Source: an uncultured virus (IMG/VR IMGVR_UViG_3300008255_000130) (lineage: Duplodnaviria > Heunggongvirae > Uroviricota > Caudoviricetes). From it: a stretch of DNA of 64,000 nucleotides. Below, one piece after another: positions 1-9,043 of the stretch. The notes beneath the pieces are model-generated. The model saw only the letters and a program-made list of their open reading frames with translations. It was not told the origin of the DNA and made no database searches. Within the stretch, counting starts at the first letter, position 1. Each line of letters begins with the position of its first letter. The stretch lies in the IMG/VR virus record IMGVR_UViG_3300008255_000130; one strand, given 5' to 3'. The position numbers were made by a program, and so were the translations under genes.

Positions 1-7
1 AATTAAA

Positions 8-39
8 TTATATAGTGAGATTTCGGTCTCACTATATAA
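8..39 (+). terminator. 14-bp stem with UUCG loop (terminator or stabilising hairpin)
   Basis: TTATATAGTGAGAT-TTCG-GTCTCACTATATAA. No downstream U-run on + strand, so function is uncertain. Confidence 0.5.
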
Positions 40-51
40 CAAAGGAAATAT

Positions 52-270
52 ATGAAAAAATTTAGAGATTACTTTGAAAAAGAAGACAACGCGGAAGCTT
101 TAGGTAGATTTGTCATGTTGACAAGTAAAGTTGATAAAGCTCTAGAGTGGTTAAAAAAGAGTGGAATTTACGATGAAAGTGGAAAAAAAACTCACGTTCA
201 AAATATAAACACATTGAGTGTTGAAGAATTAAATAAATTAACAAATAAATTAAAAGAACTTTTAAAATGA
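52..270 (+). CDS. small protein with capsid-targeting-like N-terminus (putative internal head protein)
   Basis: AAAGGA RBS; MKKFRDYFE leader shared with other ORFs in the window. Confidence 0.6.
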   Translation: MKKFRDYFEKEDNAEALGRFVMLTSKVDKALEWLKKSGIYDESGKKTHVQNINTLSVEELNKLTNKLKELLK

Positions 271-596
271 AATCATTTAGAGAATACTATGAAGAAAACC
301 CAAATGAAGATGAAGCTCTATATTCGGAACTTGCTATAAATCTACATGACAAGTGGAAAAAGATGAAAGATGTTTCTCAGATGGCTACATTAGCTAGACA
401 AGCTGCAAAAGATTTTTTACCATCATTTACGGATTCACTAGATAACTTTGTAGAAAAAGTATCTGAACTGAAAGAAGATCATGATCCCATAGCTCCAAAT
501 GGTAAATTGTTTGTGGAACATTTCTTGGAAAGTTTTTTTAAACTTGCCAAACAACATAAATTACCTGTAGCAAACAAAAAGACTAAAAAAGGTTGA
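267..596 (+). CDS. small protein with capsid-targeting-like N-terminus (putative internal head protein)
   Basis: MKSFREYYEE leader; 4-nt overlap with upstream gene. Confidence 0.6.
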   Translation: MKSFREYYEENPNEDEALYSELAINLHDKWKKMKDVSQMATLARQAAKDFLPSFTDSLDNFVEKVSELKEDHDPIAPNGKLFVEHFLESFFKLAKQHKLPVANKKTKKG

Positions 597-627
597 CAAT
601 TTCTAGTAATTGATATAATATAAATAT

Positions 628-1197
628 ATGAAGGATTTTAAGTATTATATGGAAGCAGTGAAATTAAATAAAGATAGATTAAAAGAAGCATCTTCTTTTG
701 CTAATTTACATCATGCAGGTCAAACTAGAAAATTTGATGGTAAACCATATAGTATTCATCCAACTAGAGTTGCAAAAATAATTAAAGATTTTAAAGGTAA
801 AAGTAAAAACATAGATGATCTAATGATTGCCGCTTTTTTACATGAAACTCTTGAAGACACAAAGGCAACACCAGAAGAAATATCTAATAAATTTGGTGAG
901 TTAGTTTTATCACTTGTACAAGAACTTACAAGTGATACAGAAAAAATTAAAGAAAAAGGCAAGTCTAAATATCTTGCAGATAAAATGACTAAAGAACTTA
1001 CAAGTTATGGATTAGTTCTTAAACTTGCAGATAGATTGGATAATGTTTCTGATTTTCCAAAAGCACCTTCTAAATTTGTAACCAAATATAAAAAAGAAAC
1101 AGAAGATATTTTAAAGCAACTAAAAGAAGAAAGAGTGTTGACAGATACTCAAAGCAGATTAGTGACTGCTATTGAAAAAAAACTAAGTAAATTCTAA
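628..1197 (+). CDS. HD-domain small alarmone hydrolase (Mesh1/SpoT-like (p)ppGpp hydrolase family), HD motif reads HE
   Basis: HHAGQTRK...PYSIHP, AAFLHETLEDT, FGELVLSLVQELT, LKLADRLDN. Confidence 0.85.
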   Translation: MKDFKYYMEAVKLNKDRLKEASSFANLHHAGQTRKFDGKPYSIHPTRVAKIIKDFKGKSKNIDDLMIAAFLHETLEDTKATPEEISNKFGELVLSLVQELTSDTEKIKEKGKSKYLADKMTKELTSYGLVLKLADRLDNVSDFPKAPSKFVTKYKKETEDILKQLKEERVLTDTQSRLVTAIEKKLSKF

Positions 1198-1224
1198 TAT
1201 TCAATATATCTAATATTGAATATT
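1196..1224. repeat. 11-bp inverted repeat after HD gene
   Basis: AATATTCAATA (1196-1206) ... TATTGAATATT (1214-1224). Confidence 0.5.
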
Positions 1225-1241
1225 CCCGCCAGAATTTACCC

Positions 1242-1270
1242 TTGACAAAAGTAATAATCCGTAGTATAAT
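1242..1270 (+). promoter_or_regulatory. consensus sigma70 promoter P1
   Basis: TTGACA-17 bp-TATAAT. Confidence 0.9.
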
Positions 1271-1327
1271 AGAAGAGTACTCAGGAAAGAGAGTAAAATC
1301 AAATTCCTGAGAGTCTAGAACCTACTC

Positions 1328-1356
1328 TTGACAAAAGTACTATTTAGTAGTATAAT
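1328..1356 (+). promoter_or_regulatory. consensus sigma70 promoter P2
   Basis: TTGACA-17 bp-TATAAT. Confidence 0.9.
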
Positions 1357-1575
1357 TAGTTTAAGAGTAGGAAAAGATTATTGAATTAAATATTTCTAAT
1401 GTTACATACTATCGCAATGAAACACGGTGCTGAAGTCTAATATTATATACTTTTGATAGATGAGTTTTGATACTTTGAGTATTCAAAAGTTGACAAAAAT
1501 ATTTAAGTAATTACTCAGTTAATTGAAGTTGCAAATTCGATTAAGAACGACGATTCAATAATCTTTTTCCACATC

Positions 1576-1604
1576 TTGACAGAAATGCCAAGATGTAGTA
1601 TAAT
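1576..1604 (+). promoter_or_regulatory. consensus sigma70 promoter P3
   Basis: TTGACA-17 bp-TATAAT. Confidence 0.9.
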
Positions 1605-1671
1605 AGAAGAAAGAGAAAAAGAAACTGCCGCCCCTTTTAGAAGCAATTCAAAAGAAGCAAAGTTTTCACTC

Positions 1672-1700
1672 TTGACAGAAATCGAAAGATGCTGTATAAT
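1672..1700 (+). promoter_or_regulatory. consensus sigma70 promoter P4
   Basis: TTGACA-17 bp-TATAAT. Confidence 0.9.
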
Positions 1701-1781
1701 AGAGAAGAAGAGAAAGCGAGAAGTTGATAACCTTTCACAATCCGCACTTATTTTAATAAAGATAAAGTGAAGAGGTAAAAA

Positions 1782-2216
1782 ATGTCAAATTCAGTAACAG
1801 TAAGTACAATCGTAGCGGTAAAAGATTTTTTGGACAATATCAAAAACACAATGCTTGAAGCAGTGGACAATGGCGATATTGAAACGGTGTTGAACAGTGG
1901 TGATCTTACAATCGTAAGAGCGAACTCGACAGCCGCAAGAGCTCTTGCAAAAGGTGTTCTTGAATCAGTCTTTACTGACGAAGATGTATTGGCTTTAGTT
2001 GATTCTAAAATCAACGCATTGACTTCCGATGTTGAATTTCTTTCAGAAACTCTTGTTGAAGTGGTTGACACTTTAGAAGTTGAAGAAGAAGAAGAAGGAA
2101 CAGAAGACGAAGACGAAGACTCTGATGAAGATGTTTTCGATGACGAAAATTTTGAAGACGAAGATTTAGAAGACGCAGAAGAAGAAGAAGAAGAAAACGA
2201 ACTTCAACCTGCCTAA
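1782..2216 (+). CDS. highly acidic putative early protein
   Basis: GAGGT RBS, four upstream promoters, ~45-residue D/E-rich tail, double terminator downstream. Confidence 0.85.
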   Translation: MSNSVTVSTIVAVKDFLDNIKNTMLEAVDNGDIETVLNSGDLTIVRANSTAARALAKGVLESVFTDEDVLALVDSKINALTSDVEFLSETLVEVVDTLEVEEEEEGTEDEDEDSDEDVFDDENFEDEDLEDAEEEEEENELQPA

Positions 2217-2226
2217 ACAATAATTT

Positions 2227-2254
2227 AAACCTGGTGTAAAAGCCAGGTTTTTTT
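2227..2254 (+). terminator. intrinsic terminator 1
   Basis: AAACCTGGT-GTAAAA-GCCAGGTTT plus T-run. Confidence 0.85.
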
Positions 2255-2256
2255 AT

Positions 2257-2284
2257 GCCTACTCAATTTGTGAGTAGGCTTTTT
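2257..2284 (+). terminator. intrinsic terminator 2
   Basis: GCCTACTCA-ATTTG-TGAGTAGGC plus TTTTT. Confidence 0.85.
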
Positions 2285-4031
2285 ATTGTGCAACAATTCT
2301 GGAAGAGAATTCTGATTCTTTTACTATCTCTATTATTTGATCTGTTTTCATTGCAGAGTCTATTCCTCTTTCATGACTAATAACATAGGTACCTCGATTT
2401 TGGTAAGTAGTTTTTACTATGTCTATAAATTTATGAATAGTATCTGAATCGATGCCAGAGAATACTTCATCTAGAAATAATACATTCGACTTAGCCAAAT
2501 TAATATCAATTATTTCTAGTAAAGCAAATGATACACAAAGATTCAATTTTGCTTTCTCACCTCTAGAGAATTCTATGTAATCATATTCAGAATTTTTATA
2601 AACAATATATTCAAGAAAGCTTTCATCAAATTTAATACTTAATTCACCATCAAAAATAATATCTACTATATTCGATAATACAGCATTGAACGTAGGTACA
2701 AATTTATTTCTAATAAACATCTTTATACCCTCTTGTGATTTAGGATTAAAAGCTTCTTTCCAGAAGTCTATTTTTTCTTTTTTCTTTTCTAATTGATAGA
2801 GTTTCTCTTCTACTTTAATTTGAGTAACTTTCTTTTCATTTTTCTGTGTAATAAAAGATTTGAATTCTTTTTTTAATAGTTTCAGTTTAGTATTTTTTTC
2901 ATCGGCTGATTCTTTAATTTGATTTTTATATTCATTATACTCTTCAATTAAATCATCCATATCATCTTTTATAAGATCAAGTGTTGACTTAATAGTTGAT
3001 TTTAATGAGACTACTGCAAGTATATCATTCGCTTGAGTCTTCAAGAGAGTATTTGTTTTTTCAATTAATTCTTTATTCTCAAGTTCTGCTTTATCTATTT
3101 CATCTTGATTTGTATGCCATGAATGATCGCAGCTTGGACAGGTAAGTTTACCGCTATTTATAATTTTTTCGTTATTCTTAATATCTATTTTATAAGATGA
3201 AATAGTTCTTTCACTTTGTTTAATCTCTTTTTCAAGAATTTCTAACGTCTCAATAAGACCAGTATATTTAACTTTTAAATCTTCATGTTCTCTTTTTTGT
3301 TTTTCAAAGTCTTCACCAAATGATGGAATCTCTACTTCTTTTTCGTTTTTAATTTCTTTATATTGTTTAAAAAGTCTTTTCATTTGAGAGACAATAGTAT
3401 CAATATTTGCATCTAAAGAGACTTTGGCTTTTGTAAATTTATCTATATCTTTATTATTTTCTGTATTAAGTTTTGTAATCTTCTTTTCAAATTGATCGAA
3501 CTCTACTTTAATTACAGATTCAAGTAAATCATATTTATCTGCTACAGTAAGATCAAAGAAATTTTTACTCTTCTCAATAGATACAAGAATAATTTTCATA
3601 AAGATTTCATAATTAATTTTAATTATTTTTTCTATTTCTTCTTGTGTAAGTTTTGTTTCTGCTAGACTTATTTCTTTTTCTTCATCACCTTCTATCTCAA
3701 ATAAAAGTAGATTATTTTTTTGTTTAGTATGTTTTCTATATCTTTCTACTCTATATATTTTTTCATCAACACCAAATACAAGCAGAACTGCTAAGTTTTT
3801 TTTTGTTTCTTTGTTGATTAGAGAATCAATTTTTCTTTTTGTTTTCGCACCGTAGAGAGCAAAAGATATTGCTTCAAACAATTGAGACTTTCCAATACCA
3901 TTTCTTTTTTCTTCATTGGTTTTATCGTGACCAAAAATCTGATGAACTCCTGATGATTGAAAATCAATCTCTACACGATCTTGAAACATTCCATAATTTT
4001 CTATAATAAGTTTTCTAAAAGTTAATTTCAT
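2283..4031 (-). CDS. gp46: recombination nuclease ATPase subunit (T4 gp46/SbcC/Rad50)
   Basis: Walker A NGIGKS, coiled coil with CPSC zinc hook, FSRGEK signature, Walker B FLDEVFSGID, ISHE H-loop. Confidence 0.95.
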   Translation of the reverse strand: MKLTFRKLIIENYGMFQDRVEIDFQSSGVHQIFGHDKTNEEKRNGIGKSQLFEAISFALYGAKTKRKIDSLINKETKKNLAVLLVFGVDEKIYRVERYRKHTKQKNNLLLFEIEGDEEKEISLAETKLTQEEIEKIIKINYEIFMKIILVSIEKSKNFFDLTVADKYDLLESVIKVEFDQFEKKITKLNTENNKDIDKFTKAKVSLDANIDTIVSQMKRLFKQYKEIKNEKEVEIPSFGEDFEKQKREHEDLKVKYTGLIETLEILEKEIKQSERTISSYKIDIKNNEKIINSGKLTCPSCDHSWHTNQDEIDKAELENKELIEKTNTLLKTQANDILAVVSLKSTIKSTLDLIKDDMDDLIEEYNEYKNQIKESADEKNTKLKLLKKEFKSFITQKNEKKVTQIKVEEKLYQLEKKKEKIDFWKEAFNPKSQEGIKMFIRNKFVPTFNAVLSNIVDIIFDGELSIKFDESFLEYIVYKNSEYDYIEFSRGEKAKLNLCVSFALLEIIDINLAKSNVLFLDEVFSGIDSDTIHKFIDIVKTTYQNRGTYVISHERGIDSAMKTDQIIEIVKESEFSSRIVAQ

Positions 4032-5056
4032 AATAACAATAAGTCTAAAAGTCCCTGTCTTATTATATCATCTTTTACTTTAGATGATACAAAGTTTTTA
4101 AGAACATCTTCTGGATTTTCAGTAATTAAATTTGTCCAATCTTCTATTTTTGCAATCGACTGATTCTTCTTTGAGATATCATATTTAAATTCTACTTTAT
4201 AGTTATTCTTTTCTAATTTCTCTCTCAGAGTATCTTTGAACTCATAGTCATAATGTTTTGTAAGAATAATCTCCATATAGCAATTTTTTTCTTTTACAAG
4301 TTTAGGTAATATTTCTTTTGTCAATTCAAATCTTTTATATTTGATAAGATGTGGATTTACTATAAATTCAAATTTATTTTTAGCCAAATCCGCTATTACA
4401 AATCCATGATATTTTTCTTCACCAACTTCTCCAAAATTTGACATCATAGGTGAAGAAATATAAGTTGTTTTATTTATTGTTTGGTGCTTATGATAGTGTC
4501 CAGAATAGATATGATCGAAACCCATTTCTTCAAATTCATCACTAGACTGCTCGCTCCAAACATCTTCATGTCCGCCACCGACATCAAAGTTCTTGAAAGA
4601 TAAATGAGTAAATAAATAGTTCTTTTTCTTTTTATCAATCTTAATTAGTTTCTTTTTTTCTTCAAGAATATCATCTTTGAAGTAAGGCATAAAGTGAAGA
4701 TTGCTTTTTTCAAACGTCAAACATTTATAATCAGAAAATACATCAAACTCTTTCTCAAATACTTTCAGAAAGTTTATTTCATTATCTGCTCTTCTAATTG
4801 TTTCGTGATTTCCTACAACAAAACAAATGTGAAAACCCTGATCTTTCTTATCTCTAAAATAGTTCAACATACTTGTAAGCACAAATATGTCTATTTTATC
4901 TTTATATTCTACTACATCACCAAGAACAAAAACATCTCTTATGTCTTTCTCAGTAAGAGTATTAAAAAAATAATCAAGAGATTTATAAATGTAGTCTATA
5001 TAATTGCTACGCTTTCCAAGTTGTAAGTGAATATCCGATACTATGCCTACTTTCAT
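4028..5056 (-). CDS. gp47: recombination nuclease subunit (T4 gp47/SbcD/Mre11)
   Basis: SDIH, LGDV, GNHE, FTH, SGHYH metallophosphoesterase motifs; coupled to gp46. Confidence 0.95.
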   Translation of the reverse strand: MKVGIVSDIHLQLGKRSNYIDYIYKSLDYFFNTLTEKDIRDVFVLGDVVEYKDKIDIFVLTSMLNYFRDKKDQGFHICFVVGNHETIRRADNEINFLKVFEKEFDVFSDYKCLTFEKSNLHFMPYFKDDILEEKKKLIKIDKKKKNYLFTHLSFKNFDVGGGHEDVWSEQSSDEFEEMGFDHIYSGHYHKHQTINKTTYISSPMMSNFGEVGEEKYHGFVIADLAKNKFEFIVNPHLIKYKRFELTKEILPKLVKEKNCYMEIILTKHYDYEFKDTLREKLEKNNYKVEFKYDISKKNQSIAKIEDWTNLITENPEDVLKNFVSSKVKDDIIRQGLLDLLLL

Positions 5057-5231
5057 ATGTTCTATTATATCCAGCCATCAAATTTTTAAAAAATAGATAA
5101 AAAAATAAAAAATAGAAACTTCTTCCTGGAAACTGATATAATCAGTCTGAAGGAGAGAATGGATATTTATGCCTTTGCTACCTTGCTAAAAAATATTAAC
5201 CTCCTAAGAATTTAAAAGAATATAGTAATAC

Positions 5232-5676
5232 ATGGAAACAAAAGAAGAGAAAGAATTAAAAAAAACAAATAGAAGTATTAAATAAAAAATTAAAAGATAT
5301 TGAGGAGAGTAGAACGAAACTTTGGAGGCCTGAGGTTAGTGATGTGTTTGCTTATATAACTGATACTGGCCAAGTGTCTACGACTAGGAATATCAGCTCT
5401 GCAGAAGATGCTGGTTTCTTTAGTTTTTCTAACGCCTTTCCGAAGTCAATGTTTCTTACACTAGAAAAAGAACACGTAAATGTATTGAGGTTTGTTAATG
5501 AAGTTACTCTTATTCACTATCAGATAGGTGAAAAATATTGGGGGGGGGTCCACTCGGAGAGAATAAGTAAAAGATAGGCTTACGAGTATTTTGGAAAATA
5601 TGAATCAGATGAATCGGCTATAAATGCTTGGAATATGTTATCAGAAAAAACTAAGGAGTGGTTACAATGCCAGTAG
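5232..5676 (+). pseudogene. interrupted hypothetical gene (frameshift at A8, G9 tract, in-frame TAG)
   Basis: METKEEKELKK from 5232 continues as QIEVLNKKLKD...WRPEVSDVFAY if one A is removed from 5258-5265; after TAG 5575-5577 the frame stays open to 5676. Confidence 0.5.
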
Positions 5677-6067
5677 TCTTAGAACTTGGAATATTTTTCT
5701 TTATTGGTTTTATTTTTTTTCTATTATAATATCAATGAATTGGTGTTTATTATCTTACTTTAGTTCTAGCGACTATAACAAAACAGCTACCAAAGAACTT
5801 ATAAGAGATAAAGAATACTCTTTGGCAGTTAGACTAATAACGAATTATATGGAAGGAGTATTACTTTGGTTTTTTGTACTTAATATAATTTTTTGGATTT
5901 TCACTACTCCTGTTATTCTATTTTGTCAAACTACTTTGGCTATTTCTAAAGTTATAGCATACAAATATAGTATTGATTGGAAAAACATAGGTGTTTGGTT
6001 TGAACAAAATTTTTATAGATTTATTTTAGCTCCATTGATAATGTTGATAAAAAATAACACAAAGTAA
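5667..6067 (+). CDS. membrane protein, probable frameshift at T8 (5713-5720)
   Basis: AAGGAG RBS then ATG 5667 (MPVVLELGIFFFIG); joins the 5624..6067 frame with one more T; several hydrophobic segments. Confidence 0.55.
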
Positions 6068-6101
6068 AAAGAAAATAATATAATATTTAAAGGAGCAAAA
6101 A

Positions 6102-7205
6102 ATGAATAAAATCATAGCTATAGGTTGTGGTGGAGCAGGTAACATTTTGTTAAACGCTTTGGCTACAGAAACTAATGTGCTAAGTGATGTCGAGTCTAGT
6201 AGTCTTTACTATAATACAACTTCTGCTGATTTACTATCTTCATTTATTGGTAAAAAACTAATATTGAATGGAGATGGAACTGGTAGAAATAAAAAAGTTG
6301 GTAGTGAGATTGCTAAACAAAACATTGTAGGCATTTTAGATCATGTAGATACCTTCTACAAAAAAAATACAAAACTATTGCGTAAAGATGATACTATGGA
6401 CATTCTTGTTATTTCATCATTCGGTGGTGGTAGTGGATCCTCTGTAGTACCAGTGATTATTGATTTCTTAAAAGAAATCAAGGGTGAAAACGTAAGAGTT
6501 AGTTTGATTGGTATCTTCTCTTCAAGTAAAGAAGGTGTTTCGACAATTCCAAACTGTGTAAAAACATTTAATGAATTGTATAACGATTTCGTTCTTACTG
6601 AAAAGTTAGATAACTTTATTGTATTTGACAATGAGAAATTCGAGATTGATTATGAATTAGAAACTTTTGATTATGATGGTATCAACTCGGTAATAGTTCA
6701 AAACATTGAATCTATCTTTCTTGATAAATCATCTATCAAAACAAATTCTGGTGGTATGCAAGCTCTAGACGCAAATGAACGTAGACGAGTATTAAATTGG
6801 GGAAAAGGAGTAGCAGATTATATTACTACTGAAGTTACTAATTTTACTGACCCTATCGAATTTGAATCTTCTATTTTTAATGGCAAATACAAATTTGCTA
6901 GTGCAAAAGCAGTTTATTTGAAAATTAACTTTGCTTCTTCTAGAGATAAAGTAAGACAAGATACTATTGATGAGACAAATATATTAATTGGAACAGTAAG
7001 AAAACTATTTAAAAATGCTTTTTTTGTTTTTGGTTATGAATTTGATTCTGTAAGAACAACTGGTATGTCTGTAGATATCTATATGAATGGTATGGATTTT
7101 CCAAAACAAATTGAAGCTGATGCCAAAAAAGCAATGAAAACAGTAACTAAGTTGAAAGAGAAGAACAAAGCTATTGAAATACAGCAAGATGCATTGGAGT
7201 TCTAA
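6102..7205 (+). CDS. tubulin/FtsZ-family GTPase (PhuZ/TubZ-like)
   Basis: IGCGGAGN, GTGRN, tubulin signature FGGGSGS, FDNE, T7-loop-like LDANE; AAGGAG RBS. Confidence 0.9.
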   Translation: MNKIIAIGCGGAGNILLNALATETNVLSDVESSSLYYNTTSADLLSSFIGKKLILNGDGTGRNKKVGSEIAKQNIVGILDHVDTFYKKNTKLLRKDDTMDILVISSFGGGSGSSVVPVIIDFLKEIKGENVRVSLIGIFSSSKEGVSTIPNCVKTFNELYNDFVLTEKLDNFIVFDNEKFEIDYELETFDYDGINSVIVQNIESIFLDKSSIKTNSGGMQALDANERRRVLNWGKGVADYITTEVTNFTDPIEFESSIFNGKYKFASAKAVYLKINFASSRDKVRQDTIDETNILIGTVRKLFKNAFFVFGYEFDSVRTTGMSVDIYMNGMDFPKQIEADAKKAMKTVTKLKEKNKAIEIQQDALEF

Positions 7206-7579
7206 TGAGTTACTTAGAAAAAACTATCATAAGAAGATTTGCAAAATTCAAGAGAGATATTATGGTTCCTTTCTGTGAAGAAAGGAATCTAGAACCTACT
7301 TTTAAGAATTTCATTTCGTATAAAGATAGAGACAACCTGTTTCCAGATAGTTTAAATCTTATAATGGGAAAGAGAGTTTCTCCATATTTGTTTTGTAATT
7401 CAAAATGGTATTCAGAATTTTTAGATTCTCTAGAGCCAGACTTTCGTGCAGAATTCGGAAACAACATGTCTACTTTAGATTTAGTTAAAGTACGAATGAA
7501 AACTAGAAGAAATAAATCTATCACCAAAGTAATTGCTTTGATTTTAAAAGATGATTATATTGGTGATAATATTTATTAG
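7205..7579 (+). CDS. hypothetical protein
   Basis: 124-aa ORF coupled (TAATG) to tubulin gene. Confidence 0.7.
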   Translation: MSYLEKTIIRRFAKFKRDIMVPFCEERNLEPTFKNFISYKDRDNLFPDSLNLIMGKRVSPYLFCNSKWYSEFLDSLEPDFRAEFGNNMSTLDLVKVRMKTRRNKSITKVIALILKDDYIGDNIY

Positions 7580-7621
7580 ATGAAGATATGAAAAAGTTAT
7601 ATAATATCTTAGAGGTAATAG

Positions 7622-8152
7622 ATGTTTTGTAGAATAATATTTGAAACAGATTTGATAGGATGGGATGAAGAAAACAAGCCTATCGAATTATTAAAAAATA
7701 GTAAAAACAGTATTCTACATTTTGACTTTATAAATGACTCTGTTGATTGGAAAGTTAATTTTTTAGCCTTAAAAAAGATACCAAAAAATGATGCCGATGT
7801 CCTTGAAAGACATGATGTATATATACTAGTTTTAGATAACAAGAAAACTCTTCTTATTCAACCATTTACAGAAGTTCATTTTCTTACTTTTGATGAATCT
7901 AAAGATATAATTAAAAAACAAGAAATTAATACTTTAAAAGAAGAAGATACAATTCTTATGTATGATGAAGAATTAATGGATTATAGTTTTCAAACTATTG
8001 TATCTATTAATAAAGTAGGCAATTATAAAGATGTCTTTATAAAAACTAGAGAAGATGGTACGCAAGAAGTACTGAAAGATTTCAATAATTATATTATTGG
8101 AACAAATCGCTTTTCTCAAGGTGTGGTAATCAATAATTTTTTAATTTTATGA
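7622..8152 (+). CDS. stand-alone degenerate Hint (intein-like) fold protein
   Basis: GAGGT RBS; C..IFETDLIGWDEENKPIELLK, LKEEDTIL, IVSINKVG, GVVINNFLIL resemble Hint blocks; no terminal HN. Confidence 0.45.
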   Translation: MFCRIIFETDLIGWDEENKPIELLKNSKNSILHFDFINDSVDWKVNFLALKKIPKNDADVLERHDVYILVLDNKKTLLIQPFTEVHFLTFDESKDIIKKQEINTLKEEDTILMYDEELMDYSFQTIVSINKVGNYKDVFIKTREDGTQEVLKDFNNYIIGTNRFSQGVVINNFLIL

Positions 8153-8478
8153 TCTACTCAAAAAAGTTTTTAAATAGAATGCGCATCTCTTTACCAAAAG
8201 AAGATATAGGCTATGTTTATATTTTTAAACTTGGGAATATGATAAAAATAGGAAAGAGTGTAAATCACCCTAAAAAGAGAATGAAGCAACTCTCTATTTC
8301 AGAGAGTGCTGAATTGCATTATTTTAATAAATATATAAACTACCACTATATAGAAAAAGAGTTTCACGTTCTTTTGAAAAACAAAAGAATTACTAACTCA
8401 GAGTGGTTTGAAGATGTTACAGAAGAAGAAATAGAATTTTTAAAGAATTGGAAAAAGGAGAGAATAGTTTATGAATGA
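8149..8478 (+). CDS. GIY-YIG nuclease, T5orf172/MUG113-like
   Basis: GYVYIF..MIKIGKS..PKKRMKQL..EKEFH..L..KRI..EWFE. Confidence 0.85.
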   Translation: MIYSKKFLNRMRISLPKEDIGYVYIFKLGNMIKIGKSVNHPKKRMKQLSISESAELHYFNKYINYHYIEKEFHVLLKNKRITNSEWFEDVTEEEIEFLKNWKKERIVYE

Positions 8479-9043
8479 AGAATTTGTATTTTTCAAAAGT
8501 ATGAGTCAACATGACTCACGTTATCTAGAAGAAAATATACCTAATATGTATAAGTCAGAAGTAACTGGTGAAGAGTTTTATATTGAAACGCCACCACCAT
8601 TTAAACCACAGCATAAAGATATTTATATGATAGAATGGACGAAGAATGATAAGATAATTATAAGTATAAATAAAGATGGTGGTTTAAGCAGTAAGAAAAT
8701 ATCATCACTCGAAGAATTTGATTATCTAGTTGATTGGATTAAAGATTTAGCAAAAGCAACAGAAAAAGAAAGAAAACAAAAGAGTTTGAACGTTCTTAGA
8801 AAACAATACTTACACGAAAACGAAGTAAGAATGAAAGAGATTGATATACAATTAAAATTTACTCGATTAACTACGCATCCTGATATTCAACAAGATTTAA
8901 TAAACAAGACTCAAAAAGATAAACCCTACATAGTAGTCCCATTTTTCGAATATAATAAAAGAATTTTGTACGCTTATTATCTTTATTATTTGACAAAGGA
9001 AGAAATTAAAACATTTGATGAATTTATTGAACAATATATATAA
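8471..9043 (+). CDS. hypothetical protein
   Basis: 190-aa ORF, AAGGAG upstream, operon-coupled. Confidence 0.75.
   Translation: MNEEFVFFKSMSQHDSRYLEENIPNMYKSEVTGEEFYIETPPPFKPQHKDIYMIEWTKNDKIIISINKDGGLSSKKISSLEEFDYLVDWIKDLAKATEKERKQKSLNVLRKQYLHENEVRMKEIDIQLKFTRLTTHPDIQQDLINKTQKDKPYIVVPFFEYNKRILYAYYLYYLTKEEIKTFDEFIEQYI

Noticed and set aside
593..619. sigma70 promoter upstream of HD gene
   Set aside because: TTGACA-TATAAT spacing is 15 bp; possible but not well supported
1242..1700. CRISPR-like array from recurring CTTGACA...TATAAT units
   Set aside because: Repeats are promoter boxes with variable interiors, spacing is irregular (86, 248, 96 bp), and no cas genes are visible
1576..1770. 64-aa ORF with repeated CSIIE/CCIIE
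   Set aside because: Its TTG start is the -35 box of P3; the peptide repeat just reflects promoter duplication
5575..5577. Genome-wide stop-codon recoding
   Set aside because: Long genes are open in code 11 and TAG, TAA and TGA all end genes; only isolated internal stops were seen
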